Below the pieces are notes generated by a model, which made no database searches, was not told where the DNA came from, and saw only the letters and a list, made by a program, of their open reading frames with translations. A stretch of 60,581 nucleotides of DNA, filler included, from Sphacelaria rigidula (taxonomy: Eukaryota): assembly GCA_964200075.2 (NCBI GenBank). It is 8 parts of 8 records of this genome, joined end to end, with 100 filler letters (N's around TTAATTAATTAA, not from the genome) between each part and the next. Parts side by side here need not be neighbours in the genome. Positions count along the whole stretch, not along the records: positions 30,344 to 37,828 come from CAXNAA020014707.1; positions 37,929 to 45,413 come from CAXNAA020014708.1; positions 45,514 to 52,997 come from CAXNAA020014709.1; 5 more parts are not named here. One strand, given 5' to 3'. Positions 37,768 through 50,655 of the stretch are shown piece by piece. The translations under genes were made by a program, and so were the position numbers. How positions within the stretch are numbered: the stretch's first letter is position 1; every line of letters begins with the position of its first letter.

Positions 37768-40187
37768 GCGTGTGTGTTATCGTCCCATTTATTCTGGGCG
37801 CCAGTCTGCACCTTTCGGTATATGTGGGNNNNNNNNNNNNNNNNNNNNNNNNNNNNNNNNNNNNNNNNNNNNTTAATTAATTAANNNNNNNNNNNNNNNN
37901 NNNNNNNNNNNNNNNNNNNNNNNNNNNNGAAGAGGCCATCGACCTTTCATTTGTTTCGTCCAATAGGCTCGGGATTCGCAAGCGGTTTCGACCATGTAAC
38001 CCTAACCCAGAAGTTTCTGCACGGCAGCGCAAGCATGATAATGAGCAGTCCAACAGAAAAACCGCTGTCGTTGTGCGGCATCTTTTGAGCAGAACCTGTG
38101 TCTAAGCGCTACGGAACACGTAACAAAGCATGCTGAAAACATACTTCTTTGGACTACTAGTCATCGAGTTTTCGAGCGTCTGTTGTTGAGTATCTGAGAC
38201 GGACTTACACTGTTGCGAACGCCGTCAGCGAAACGATCCAATGTGGCGACAGACGCCAGCGACCTTTGAAACGCAGTATCACTCAGCAGTCTGCTGAGAT
38301 ATACCAGCACACCAGAGTACAGCATCACTACAGTACAGCCGTTAGTCGGATCAAATGGATGCCCCACAATAATGCTGCACACACACACAACGGGGGTAGG
38401 GGTTAATCCCACGCTTGGGGTTGTTTCGCCAGTAGCGCCCATGCGAGGCGCTTCATCCAGTCTGATCCAGCTATCACGTTTTGTATGGCCACTTCTACCG
38501 TGGTTGTCTCGAGAACCGGTTTCGGGGTGGGGCTGTCTAAGGATACTACTGTAGTGCAACGCGCTTGCTAAATCCGAGCCGTTCTTTTCTATTTAGAAGC
38601 CACATCAGCTGTAGTTTGAATATCCCTCCTGACGGTCTCAAACGGGGTCTGAACTAGCGACGGAAAGTGCTGGCACCCTCTCCCTCAGATAGGATTTGTG
38701 ACAACCTCAGCATTAATACTAGACCCCAGGGGAAGCCCTGGAATAATGGATGGTTTTCTTGGAAAAGCAGACGTTCATTGTATGGGTATGAAGCGTTCAA
38801 GCAAGGAAATTTTGATTTTGAACAGGGAAAGATGTACTTCGTACTACGATACCCCTGAATACTATTTTACATGTTTCATTCCGAGCGATGTTCCCCAAAT
38901 ACCCCCCAGTACGTATGTGGTTCACGAAAATGTTTTTTTTTACTGTAGGGCAATGACTCGAGAGAATGAACAGACTGAACCATGGAATTTTTCAATATGA
39001 CGATCCGGATCGGTTTGGTCGAGCGGGAATATCAAAGAGCGAGAACTGGGGGCTGTACACTCGTAAGTCCCCCAACGAGCGGTGAACCTCTAACTCGTTC
39101 AAAAATGGTCGTAGAAAATACATGATTTTCGAACTCTTTGTCGGGTACTCATGTCTCTTGATTCCAAGAGTTTGGGACCGAGCAGGAACCATGATGAGAT
39201 ATGGTAGCCGAAAAAGCTGAATAAACGCTCTCAATCGAAAATGCGAAGTTCAAAATTGAACTACTATATCGTCGATCTCCTTCTACTTATATGCGTTCAA
39301 CAAAATATGTCGTTCCAGATTAATACTCGTGTGGCTAGCGACTCCGAATCTGAAGTGTTTCGCAACGTCACCCGCATTAACCTTTTGACCGCTGGGGTAG
39401 GTGATTTGTTGAATCGGTATCACTCACTGGACATTTAAACATGTTAGTGTTCCATTTATAGAACAAACAGAAACCGCGTATTCTTAACAACCCAATCTTG
39501 ATCAATTCTAGACACTCAATCTGGCAAAAAGGTTGCTGCTCGTGTATATTTACCGGATACACCAAAATGGGACAACTGCGCGAGGGCATACTTTACCGTA
39601 CCACTGCGCTCCACAGCATACGAATAACCGCGCAAAGCCTTGGTGCAGGGCTGCTTGGGGAGGGCGCATTAGTATGTAGCTAATGATGTCAACACCCGAT
39701 GCGCCACTACTGCAGTACAAGGAACGCAAACAACGAACAATCAAGGTGTCATCCTCCTATGCATCTGGTCCATGTCCACACCTAGAATCTTTCTCTCAAA
39801 CCTCCGCGCACACGTACGTGAAAAAATATTACCTGTAGTTTCACAAAAGCAATGCCGACGTTCCAACTGTACACGCGACTTGCAACACTGCTCGCGATAT
39901 TCCTCCGATACCACTCTAAAAGATAGAATTCCGAACATGCGAGGCTCGGGCAAGAGGCCCTTGAATTACGCATAGAAAAAATCTCCACACGCATGTGAGG
40001 CACCAAGCAGGACAAACGCCGCATAGGTGATCTGAAAGCCAATGTCAACTTCAGGGCTCGTGCCGGTCGTACGCTGCTCTGCAAATGCCATTGACCCCGG
40101 CACTACTGGCAAGAAACCTTGGCGCCGAGATCAACGCATGGACTCTCTTGTCTTTTTGCGTCCCTACAGACGGTATGTTGTGTGCTA

Positions 40188-43100
40188 TCATAGCCGAGGA
40201 CATTGAAGCGTAAAATGGTGCTGCTTCCCATAGTACTTTGAAGCCAATTCCGCCGCTTCTTGCAGGCACTGCATACCACGCGCTTGCATGTCAACGTGCC
40301 TACTCTCAGGGATCCTTGTTGAATTATTCCGCCGGGCCCGCGTCTCTGAGGTGACTCGCGCGTTCAGTGTTCGTTTCTGCAATATCATGAGCATGATGAT
40401 GAACCCGTCGCTCAGCCCGGCTTCGATAATAACCCTCACGTAGGTACGTAAAGTTGCCAACTTAATCTGGAAGTCTTCCGGCATTATCCGCATAGCAACA
40501 ATATACATGTTATAGGCAAGACGAAGCTTACGGTGTTTCGAGCACGCGGTTGATAGGAGCAGCTGGTGGGCTTCCTCAATCAACTGCTTAATGGAATCGG
40601 TGTCGAGGGTCTTCTGCGTAGATGCCAAGGCTGTCTTGTGCGCTGCTTCGATATCTTTTTCTGCGAACCCTGCTGAACTGATGGATTTGATATGCGCTGT
40701 TGCCGTCCTGTTGTGGTGATGATGGAGGGGATGGTTACGGTGAATGTCGAGGAAACACGACCAGAGCAGGGGAAGGGAGCAAAGCACCACCCGTGATGAT
40801 GACGATGGTGATAACGACAACACGAGCTATCAATGAACAGAAGGGTATGGTATGTACGTGGGGGAATGCTCGTGCCACCACCAAGTTCCGCTACGGCAAA
40901 ATATGCACATGACTCCTGGTCTCGTTATTTGCACGTGTGCCACAAGACACTCGTGCGTTGAAAGTACAAAGCAAGCGCTACACACTTAAGCAGAGTCGTC
41001 ATCACATAATGCACGGCTCAAACTGACTCGGGCTGCGGAGAACAACCAGCACAAGGAAAAGCGTACACTCCTTTGCCTCAGGCTCCGAAAGCACTGCGGC
41101 AACACGCGGGGTGCCTCAGAAACAAAACACGCTACGAAACCAGCTCGACAAACCAAAGGATGATGGGTGGAATACTGTGCCATTTATCCTGGAAACATAG
41201 CCGGCCACCCACATCTGATACGTCTGCCATACGCCGTTCAAGTTGCTTTCCAGCACACTTGCTTGTTCATACACCGCGGAACGGTCGGTACGAGACAGCT
41301 CTTCCACCTCTTCTTGACACCTCTGGCACTCGCAGCGAAATCCCCACGCTCGTTGCAGGTCCTCTCGCCGTTCCTGACAAGTGTCGCGGGAGAAGCGAAT
41401 CAAAGAGGAGACCAAGCCAGCGTACAAGTCACACATCATTTGACAAGCGTGCCTTTTGCGCGTGATATGATAACAGTACTGTTTGCCACCCTGCCTCATC
41501 GCCATCGGTAATCGTTCATGCAAGTGCAGTCGACCGCCGAGAATACACAGGCAAGCTTTACCATTAACTTTAATTATGTGAGCCAATTTTCTCGTAAAGC
41601 TGGATAAACATTCGCAGGTTACTTGGCAATTTCTTATTCCGCAGTTCAGACGGTGACTAAATGATAGTGTGCATGTTAATAAAGTACACAGGTTATCGCC
41701 CTTCGTGATTGTCGCGCTTGTCTGTCTGGAACACCTCTCGATTTTGTAATCGTTTCTGCAGGAATAGACCTGCTCGTTTGCTTTATGCGTGTAACATATA
41801 CGCGAAAAGAAGCGGACTTTCCGAGCAAGCATGAAAGCTGCACCTCCACGGTCGCCACAATATCCATCCCTAGGTAGGACACGCAGACCTCTTCGCTCGC
41901 TCGAACGTCGCGCATCGTTCGTAGCACCATCTCGATTTCCGTACGCTGATCGTTTCGGCTGTCGCTGGCCTGTGCTGCATGGAAGCACGCATTGGGATCA
42001 CAGGAATGGTTGACAAAAGCTGCGACGGGGAAGAGACCGTGAGCCATCGCCTGCGTCGGGTTGAACACGTCAAAAGGATATGAATTGACGGATATCCTGT
42101 TATTGGGGAGAGGGCGAGAGACAGACATGGCGACAGAGGAAGGAAGGGAGAAAATAAAAAAGGACCCTGCGCGTGGGGAAGGACAGACGAGCGCAAAAGC
42201 GGTGGACAGCGAAAAGGCACCAACGAGTGATCGACTGCACGAGGGCAGCACGCTCGTGGTTTGTATGCAGCACAAGCAGCCATTACGAACATTACTCATT
42301 ATGGTAGCGCGCGAGGATGGGGGAAAAGACACGATTAGCGTCCGGGACTCCAGACGCGAAACAGTCCAGGGCCTTTCGTTTCCTTCCTTCAAGCCTTAAA
42401 ATCACAGACATTTTGCGACTCGATCCATGTTGGGCTCACAGAGCGTGGGGCTTGGAGATACCGTACGTCATTGCAACAGATCAGCGCTGCGTGTAAAGAA
42501 GACAGCGACATACGAACATGTATCAGCAGCAAGGTCGGACCATTCACAATTTTTCGCCTATCTCGCCGTGTGATACGGCTGCAAAAATGCAGACTTCCTC
42601 GACCGTTAATCGTGTAGCTCGCCTGGAATACATGGCCTGGACTTCGTCCTCCGAGATGTTCGACTGCACCGTAACGTTCAACCGCCGCACAACCTCTCCC
42701 ACTTCGCCCGCGCTCAAAATCTTCAAGTCGTCGGCGCCGGAAGTATCTCTGGATCTCTGGAGTGCTTCGATCACCTCCAACTCTTGGTCGTCCACAAATC
42801 CCCTTTTTTTTCGCGCAAGAAAGTCCGCCACCATGGCCAGGATCTCAGTATCCACGTTCGGTCCGAGTGGAGCCCGCTGCAAGGTCGCCACGAAGTGACA
42901 CGTCTCGCGGTGCATCTGGATCGGCACGCTGTTCCAGAAATCACGGCGGTTGGCACACTTGACGCAAAATACTGATTTGCAGATCGGACAACTCTCCGCC
43001 AATTTGCATTCGGCACTGCCTTCGTTGCCGGGTAGGTCCGCGAAGCAAATGCCGCATACGTTTCTCCTCGAGGTGCTTTTCACGGTCGTTGCCACCCCCC

Positions 43101-43467
43101 GCACCCTCATCACCTCCGTGCCGCCCGGAACATCCTCTAACGCATAGACGCCTCGGCCTTTCTTCGGGTCTGACCGTATGAGGAAGCGGGAGTGAAGCTG
43201 CCGCGGTTTCATCTCTCCCGCGCCGCAAGTATTGCCCTTGCCCGGGGTGGGACGTTGCTGTTGCCGCTGCTGCTCTCGTCGTTGCTTATACTTCTGCTGC
43301 TTACTTCCTCCTTCCCTCGGTGTTGGTGTAGGTGGTTTTTCGATGAGAACCACGTCTTTTTCGAAAGCCCACCGCGTGCCGGTGGGCGTGGGGTTCTGCT
43401 GACGGTTGCCCGGTGGACCCCCCTCGTCTTGGTTTTGAGCGACCAACACGATCGGCTGTAGCAGCAT
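40188..43467 (-). CDS. SET-MYND (SMYD-type) protein lysine methyltransferase. Proposed exons 43467-42623, 42096-41844, 41373-41263, 41174-41077 and 40707-40188 (~608 aa). The start codon and the exon 3/4 junction are uncertain
   Basis: N-SET KGRGVYALEDVPGG; MYND-like CGIC...CPIC..FCVKC...HRETC; C-SET RISVNS...GLFPVAAFVNHSCDPNA...EEVCVSYL; post-SET ERREDLQRAWGFRCECQRC; helical tail ending ASKYYGKQHHFT. All proposed junctions are phase-compatible and stop-free. Confidence 0.9.
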
Positions 43468-46339
43468 GATCGCATCCTCTGCTGTCCAGCGGAGCACTCG
43501 ATATAGGCCCTCTGTCGGCCTGTGAATCACCTTCGGGTGATGGCAGGTGTGGAGAAGTTTGACGTTCAAAGAAGACAAGAACAAGACACGCAATGGACGT
43601 TGAATCCTTTGACGACAAGGACCCCTCAAGGTGTTGGCAATATTGACGACGCGACAGCTGCATTCAACCCGCTGTGACACGAGCACCCTCAAGTGCATAA
43701 ACAGGGGATGTTCGGACATTTGTTCCATGTACTCACTCTTCCCTTGTGCTCGACATTCGCGCTTTACTTTGTTCCGAAGAGTTTACGCGAACTGGTCGAC
43801 AAACTCCAAGTTGAAGAAATTCTTGGCTGTAGGGTCACCCATCAAATTTGGAGCTTTGGGGGGCTGACAGTCCCAGGTGCCCGCATAGCGTGCACAGGAT
43901 GCGCATTTGCTCAATAGGTGCTGCAGCACCGATGCGAGCTTTACCAACACGCACTTTACCTTGAACATCATACTTGCCCCCCTTGCCCCCGGGTTCAGGG
44001 TTATGGAAAGGTTCAGGTTCACGTCAAGTTTTTGACAAAAACGAACCATGTTCAATCATGGAAATTGTCACTCAGTTCGCCTAAAAGTACCTCAGTCTGT
44101 TGGAAACACGACACAGACTGCAAAATGGGTATTCTCCAGGTCACAAAACTCCAGTTTCCGCATCAAGCTCCAAGCGCTGTAGCGCTGCACCTACTCGATG
44201 TACAGGTGCGCTGGGCCCCGGTCGATGGACAGGTACACTAGCGACACATGTGCCGAGCTGGGGAGCGCAAACGACCGCGTAGGCGCGGTTCTGGCAATGT
44301 TCATATTATGCGGAATCTAACGGCATGAAATATACCGCCGGAACCATCCTCGCGTCTTGTTTTCCAGGATTTCCGCAGGTCTGGCTGTACTTGATTCGGC
44401 GTCAATTGTGGACACTTCTGAGCTTGCTTTGTTTTCAGGATCCACAGTATACCTGCGATAGCTCGACTCGCACAGCGTTCGGGTGAGGTTTTCATCGGAC
44501 TGAGCGAAGAACAGTAACCGCTACTAGAAGTAGTTAGTCAAGGGACCACATGCGCGAATCAACACCGGCATGCCCTTCCGCTATCGACCCATGGGACTGT
44601 CAGGGCACTGTTGTGTGGGGAAGGCCAATGGTTCCAAGATTCCAGTCTTTGACAGCCTCACCAGGTTCTAAAGGGTGGCACTAATGTAGGCGGAGATGAT
44701 CACCAGAAAGTCGCGTTGGCGGCAGATCGAATTTATCGTGCTTTAGTGTTTTGCCAACAAGATTCGACAATCTAGGTCCGTTATAGTTGAGGGGGCGGAT
44801 TGGGATTGTCTTGCCTACACGCTCCAACGTGGAAGCCAATCGGGGTCACTCCCCCTTCCCTCACTCTCAAACGCCACGAGCTCTCGCTTGAGCAGCAGGA
44901 GTTTGTGATAGGAACAAGCTTAGCGCTATGGTTCCATGCACGTTGCTTTTGAGCGTCATCATATGCTCGCCCCCGATCAGTTGGCTGCTACTGTAGTAGA
45001 AAGTTTGCTAAAATTGAACGTCAGTCGCCAAATCATCACAACACCCATCCACACCCGCACGCACCGCTTATAGCATCTACACCCCCAGACAAACACGCCA
45101 GGTTGAGCAATACCCATGTGCGTTGGAATCTCATACGGAAATCAAAACACGCCTGTTTCTAGTGTAGGCGGGATCGCTACTGTTCAAATGTTCACTCTTA
45201 AAAGAGAGTTTCGAAAATTAGTTTCCGCATCATAGAGTGAGAGTCCAGAGTGGAAGCTTTGAAAGTTCAGAGTGGACGCTGGAAAGTTCCCAGCGGAAGC
45301 TGATGTGACGTGGCTTGACATTTTTTTGTATCAGACACTTTTTACGATAGCCCCCCCCAAAAAACCCAGCTAAAAGTGTCACGAAAAAATGGCCATACAG
45401 CGCCTGATGTTCGNNNNNNNNNNNNNNNNNNNNNNNNNNNNNNNNNNNNNNNNNNNNTTAATTAATTAANNNNNNNNNNNNNNNNNNNNNNNNNNNNNNN
45501 NNNNNNNNNNNNNTATGGCCACCTGCGGCACCGGATCTTCTGAGGTTAGCAGTGTGTACTTCCTTTTTTCTTTCTTATTTATTCCTGTTTGTTTGTATGG
45601 CGTTTCGTGAGTTTTTCACTCTGGGTCTGTTTCATTTTATTTTGGTTTTTTCTGCTAGCCTGTGACCACGGAAGGCGTCCGCATAAGATGCCCAGTACCA
45701 ATGTACCGCGCAGATATCGGAACGGTTTTGAATGTGAAGACAACAACAACAACAACAAAAACAACAACGAAGTGAAAAGTACGCTCGATTTATGCTCGCA
45801 ACCGGAATTTATGCCCCTATATGCTCGTAATATCCATCAAGGATGCCATTTTCGACCGGGTACAGACCCACCGATGGCTATATTCATGTTTGCCAACTTG
45901 TACGCTGTGCGCTATGCTACTGTACTACAGACTACATATGTACGGGCTTGTATTTTATGTCGTGTGCTTTCATGAAAACGTTTGTCAGACCCGCAATCGA
46001 TCAGACTGACAGTTTTATACTGTCACATCAGAATCAGGAGGTGACTAATCCCAGAGCATACACGTATTTCACACCCGCGGTCGATGATGACGGGGTTTTC
46101 GCCTAGAATATTGCAGCAGGGCAATTTAGACCAGTGTGCCAAGTCTCATGGTGATAAATTTTGCTCGATTATGCTACTTACTGAAACGCTACGCCATTAA
46201 TGCTATGGTTTACCAAGGTAAAATTATTCTAGAAATTATCCTAGCATTACAAGTAAACGCCTACCCAGCGAGCAGCTCTCGCCAGGTCGGCCATAACACA
46301 AGGTAGCGTGCGAGTACGCAAGATTACCAACTGTTACAG

Positions 46340-49300
46340 CTCACGAACGTCCTGCGCAGCGGGTTCGCTCTGCATGAAGCCGGACCACAAGCCCAGCCTT
46401 CTGCATTTCACAAACCGCAAATTATGTGTCTGCGGAGGCTTCCTCCATGGCAAAGGCGGTTTGGCGGACCCGCTTTCGGAGAACGAGTTGCATCGCGTTT
46501 GTCATACATGCGCCCCTCTCCACAAACCCCAAGGAGTCAGGCGTATAGTCTGCTGCTGGGGCTGGAAGGCGTCGCTGTCCGCAGGGTACACGCCGCACCA
46601 TAAATCGCGTGGACACCACCGCACGCAGGACAGCACGCGGCGCCGACAACTGCGAATGGCTGACGTTTGCCCTAGAGGTAAAGGCGCTCGACCTACTGAA
46701 GAGCCTGACTGGAACAGCAGTTGCCGGAAAGATGGAAATCGGAGTGAGCACCCTCTATGCGTGGAAGAAGAAGGAGAGAAATCAGAAAATGAGGCAGCAG
46801 ACACCAAGCCTGGCGCATAGTCTTCTGAGTCGACCGATTTTACCGAGGTGCGTGCCACTTGTATACTGCTTGCACTACATTGCTGCTGTACAGCAATTTT
46901 TCTCATCTCTCGGATATACTCCGAGAGTATGGAAGAATCAAGGGTCGGACAAATAATGATTCGTCTGAAAATTACTTGGTTTTAGTATGATGAGTCGACT
47001 CGTGACGAATCAATCCCTAGGCTTTATCTCAGCGTTGCCACCCGAATTCACGCAGCCCAGACACGTAGAATGGCGCAAAAGTTGCGTGGGTACCCCTCGG
47101 ACCAGCGATCAACTTTTCTCTCTTGGGCAATCAGGCCGAAGAAATCGTGAATTTGGTGATTTTGAGTCTTGATGATTTGTCCTAACCGTGGACAGAATAA
47201 TACGAACTGCAGTGGTCTCTGAGGCCTTGAGTTTCGCCAGTAGTCGGACTCTGTGTTCATCTCTACTTGGCCTCGCGCATCGAGTTGGAAAGCTGGGTGC
47301 CACCCCCTGAAGTCCGACTGGCTACCCGCGGCACCGGATCTTCTGATGTTGGCCATATTTACTCTCTTTCTTCCATATTTTTTCCTGTTTTGCTTGTATC
47401 GCGTTTGTGAGTTTTTTTTCTGGTCTAATTTTGTTTCTGTTTTTTGGTCTTGTTCGATTTCGTCATTCCTTAGTTTAATAGGTATCTAGCCTGTGACCAC
47501 GGAAGGCGCCCGCATCAGATGCCCAGTACAAACGTACCGTGCAGATATCCGAATCGTTCTTGATATGAAGACAACAACAACAGCAACAGCAACATACCAC
47601 GATGTGTGTTGTTCCATCTCTTCTGAACGCCGGTTCATCCCTTCTGGTATATGTGGGCGCACCAGCTGGGGTCACACAGGAGGAATGCCAAGACAAGCGT
47701 GTTTTCTTCTCTGTTTTCGCTCTCCATCTTCCTTCTGCGTTGCTTGCCTTCATTTTTTATCGCGTGAGGGGTTCAGCACTCCCTTTCCCTCGTCGACCAT
47801 CAACTCTATCTTTGTGTACCCACGACATGGTCGCTCTCCCTTTTAAGCATTGTCTGAAAAATGTCCCAGATCGTGTGAATGCACCGAGATTCGAACTCAC
47901 GACCCAACTGTCAGACGGTTCCGAGGTCATCAACTGAGCAACCGGGGCGACCGGCTATCATACAGTACAATAAATTGCACAACGAAATCCACCCGAATTC
48001 CTCTCGTTTTGGTTGCTGTCTCACCTTTCGGTGTGCGCAGTGTACACAGCAGTAGTCCTGTTGTCACAAGAATATACAATAGCAGTGCAGTAGCATAGGT
48101 TCATATCTCACTATTACTGTGTCGAGTACTGTGGCACTGTACGCGCAATAGCATGACTGTGTGCTGACTTGAAGTGTTTTTTTTTTCTCTCGACAGGTGA
48201 ACGAGGAGATTCTGGAAATGATGGCACAGGTCAGGGCGACCATCCAAGAATTCTGGCGCAAATCTCGTGATGTACTCTTGAGCGCGGCATCATCTGCCGG
48301 CCCCCGTGAGAGGTACAACGACTTCATCGTGTCCGAAGGGTGAAAAAAAAATCATTAGGTGAAACAGGCTTCAGTCCGTCACACTTTACGGAAAAGCGGG
48401 CAGCGTCGACGATGAAGCTATCGCCGACGGCCTCCGGCTCGTCCGCAGTATGCGTGAAACACGATCTGGACTTCACGTACAACGTCGACGCAACCGGCTT
48501 GTTCTTCAGGACCTTGCCCGAGGTCTCATACCTCGCACCAGGCGAACACATGAGGACGACTCGTGGCGTGAAAGGCATGGAGGCGAAGGACCGCGTGACC
48601 GCCTACTTGTGTACGGATGCCACCGGGCGCAGGGTGCCGCTCTCCCTGAATGGCGCAGCCAAGGAACCACGATGCTTTCAAAATCCGAACATCACCGGTG
48701 GCGTATTTTGGCGGGAAGAATGCGTGGCCCGACTCGAGCGTTCTTTGAGCTGTGATGGCTCGAGGTGTTCCTGCCACACGTACGCTCCGTCACGAGCAAG
48801 AAAGTTCTTCTCATCATAGACAACCGTGGCAGCCACGCAGACCTCGTTGGTCTCAGGAAGTAGATGCCAGCTCTTGGGCTGCCACTCAACTGTACGAAAA
48901 AGGACCAACCCATGGATGCCTGGATCATAACAGCCTGAAAGATGCGGTATAGGACGAAGCTGTTGAGGATTCATGTCTACACCATGTCATCGGCAGTGCA
49001 GCTACGCGAACAGTCGGTTCAGGTCACCGTGACTCGTGGCTGCATGAGGTTGTCAGAAGGAGAGCAGCCTCACATCCTGGACGCAGCTGAGTTAGGGTTG
49101 GCGGTCTGGCAGGATATTTCTAGAGGAAACCATTATGAGGTTTGTGCTGTCCAGAGTGTGTGCGCGTATGAAAGCAGATGAAGAGTGGTACAGCAGTACA
49201 GCATAGTGTCACTTGGCTTGAAAATATTTCGAGATGACATCGTTGTTTTTTTCCTGTCGTTTTCTGTTCTTTTTGCTCGATCACCCTGTGCAAGGTCGAC

Positions 49301-49966
49301 GGGTGGTCTGCCGGGTATGCTCATCTCACATTGCGTCATGTTTTTGCCTATTCATCCTTTCCCAGGTGCTGGAAAAATGCGGACATCGTTCCACCTGGGG
49401 TGGACGCGGGCCTCGACCAAACTGTCGGAAAGAACACCACCCAAAAAGAGAGCCTCACCGACGTGGCGGGCATGTTGCAGCGTCTTAGACTGGAGGCGGA
49501 AGATGGAAATGTGGACAGCGACCTTTCAGATACGGTTGACGGTCTTGGGTTCGCACTTGGGGTAAAGCCAACTCGGGCTGATGGGGACGCGGTGGAGGCA
49601 TGGGTTAGGACAGTGGAGGATGCTGGCGTGGCGGAAAGACTAGTTGCAGATCTGAAGGACGGCCATTGTGCGGGGTTCGTAGCCCAGACGAGCTTGGACT
49701 GGCTGGTAGCCCAACTGAACATCGACTCGGACGACGAGGGCAACTCTTCGGCGGACGACGAACACTATTCTCCGCAGCCCGTAAACCGGCCGCGTCCTTT
49801 ACCATACACTGACGTGGCTAAAAAGTTTGGGGGCCTCGAGGAAGTGGCTGAGTGGTGCGGCATGGCCGAGGTGTCGTACAACCATCTTGGCGAGGCCAAG
49901 CTTGGACTGGATACGCGAGTTGGGGTCAAGACAACGAAGTAAACTTGCATAGCAGACTTCATGTAG
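46340..49966 (+). pseudogene. pogo/Tigger-type (DDE_1, DD31D) transposase pseudogene with two spliceosomal introns (46848-48196 and 49140-49365)
   Basis: Psq/CENP-B-like HTH (KALDLLK...VAGKMEIGVSTLYAWKK); second HTH (VNEEILEM...FIVSEG*); catalytic YNVDATGLFF, KDRVTAYLC, LIIDNRGSH and PMD; TIMR|CWKNADI across intron 2; terminal K*TCIADFM*. Multiple stops and frameshifts. TIRs not identified. Confidence 0.88.
47205..47957. mobile_element. L-B 3' end (+, 47205-47594) tail-to-tail with SINE A (-, 47603-47957), inside pogo intron 1
   Basis: The (CAA/CAG)n tail at 47573-47594 abuts the SINE tail. The SINE head has A box TTGCTCAGTTGA and B box GAGTTCGAATCT on the minus strand. Confidence 0.8.
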
Positions 49967-50119
49967 TATTGCTGAAGACGCCGGCAAGCATGCGCCATTG
50001 AGGTGTGTTGCTGAGTGCGAACGAATGTAGGTGTAGATTGAGTCGCATCATGGCTGCGGTCGGTCGATTCCAAGCGCAACATGAGAAACAGCAATACGAG
50101 TAGCATCTTTTGCGATTCT

Positions 50120-50495
50120 CATGATGGTTTCCTCGTGAAATCTCTTGCCAGACCACCAACCCCAACTCAGCTGCGTTCAGGATGTGAGGCTGCGCTCCTT
50201 CCGCTAACCTCATGCAGCCACGAGTCACGTTGCGATGAAGTGCCTGTTCGCGTAGCTGCGCTGCCGATGACATGGTGTTGACATGAATCCCCGACAGCGT
50301 CGTCCTTTACCGCATCTTCCAGGCTGCCATGATTCAGGCATCCATGGGTTGGTCCTTGTCCGTGCAATTGGGTTTCAGCCCAAGAGCTTTCACCTACTTC
50401 CTGGGATCTACGAGGTCTGCCTGGTTGCTACGGCTGTCCATGATGAGAAGAACCTTCTTGCTCGTGACGGAGCGCACGTGTGCCAGGAACACCTC
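50120..50495 (-). pseudogene. Inverted second fragment of the pogo catalytic region
   Basis: The reverse complement aligns with about 48768-49139 (KVLLIMD...DQPMD...QPHILNAAELGLVVWQEIS). Confidence 0.88.
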
Positions 50496-50655
50496 AAACC
50501 ACCCCAACATGCTGGGAAATGCGGGTGAACATGTTCAATTCGTTCCGTGGTCGTCGCAAGAAACTTCTTCTGTGGGGCCTTCACACGCTGGTGACTGGAC
50601 AGAGCAACGGGCGGGACGATACGGGCAATAAGACCCGGGAAATTCGCCCTAGCGT

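Noticed and set aside
43468..44500. Additional upstream exons of the SMYD gene
   Set aside because: Splice-like sites exist (for example AAG|gtaaag near 43960), but I could not build a stop-free, phase-consistent chain.
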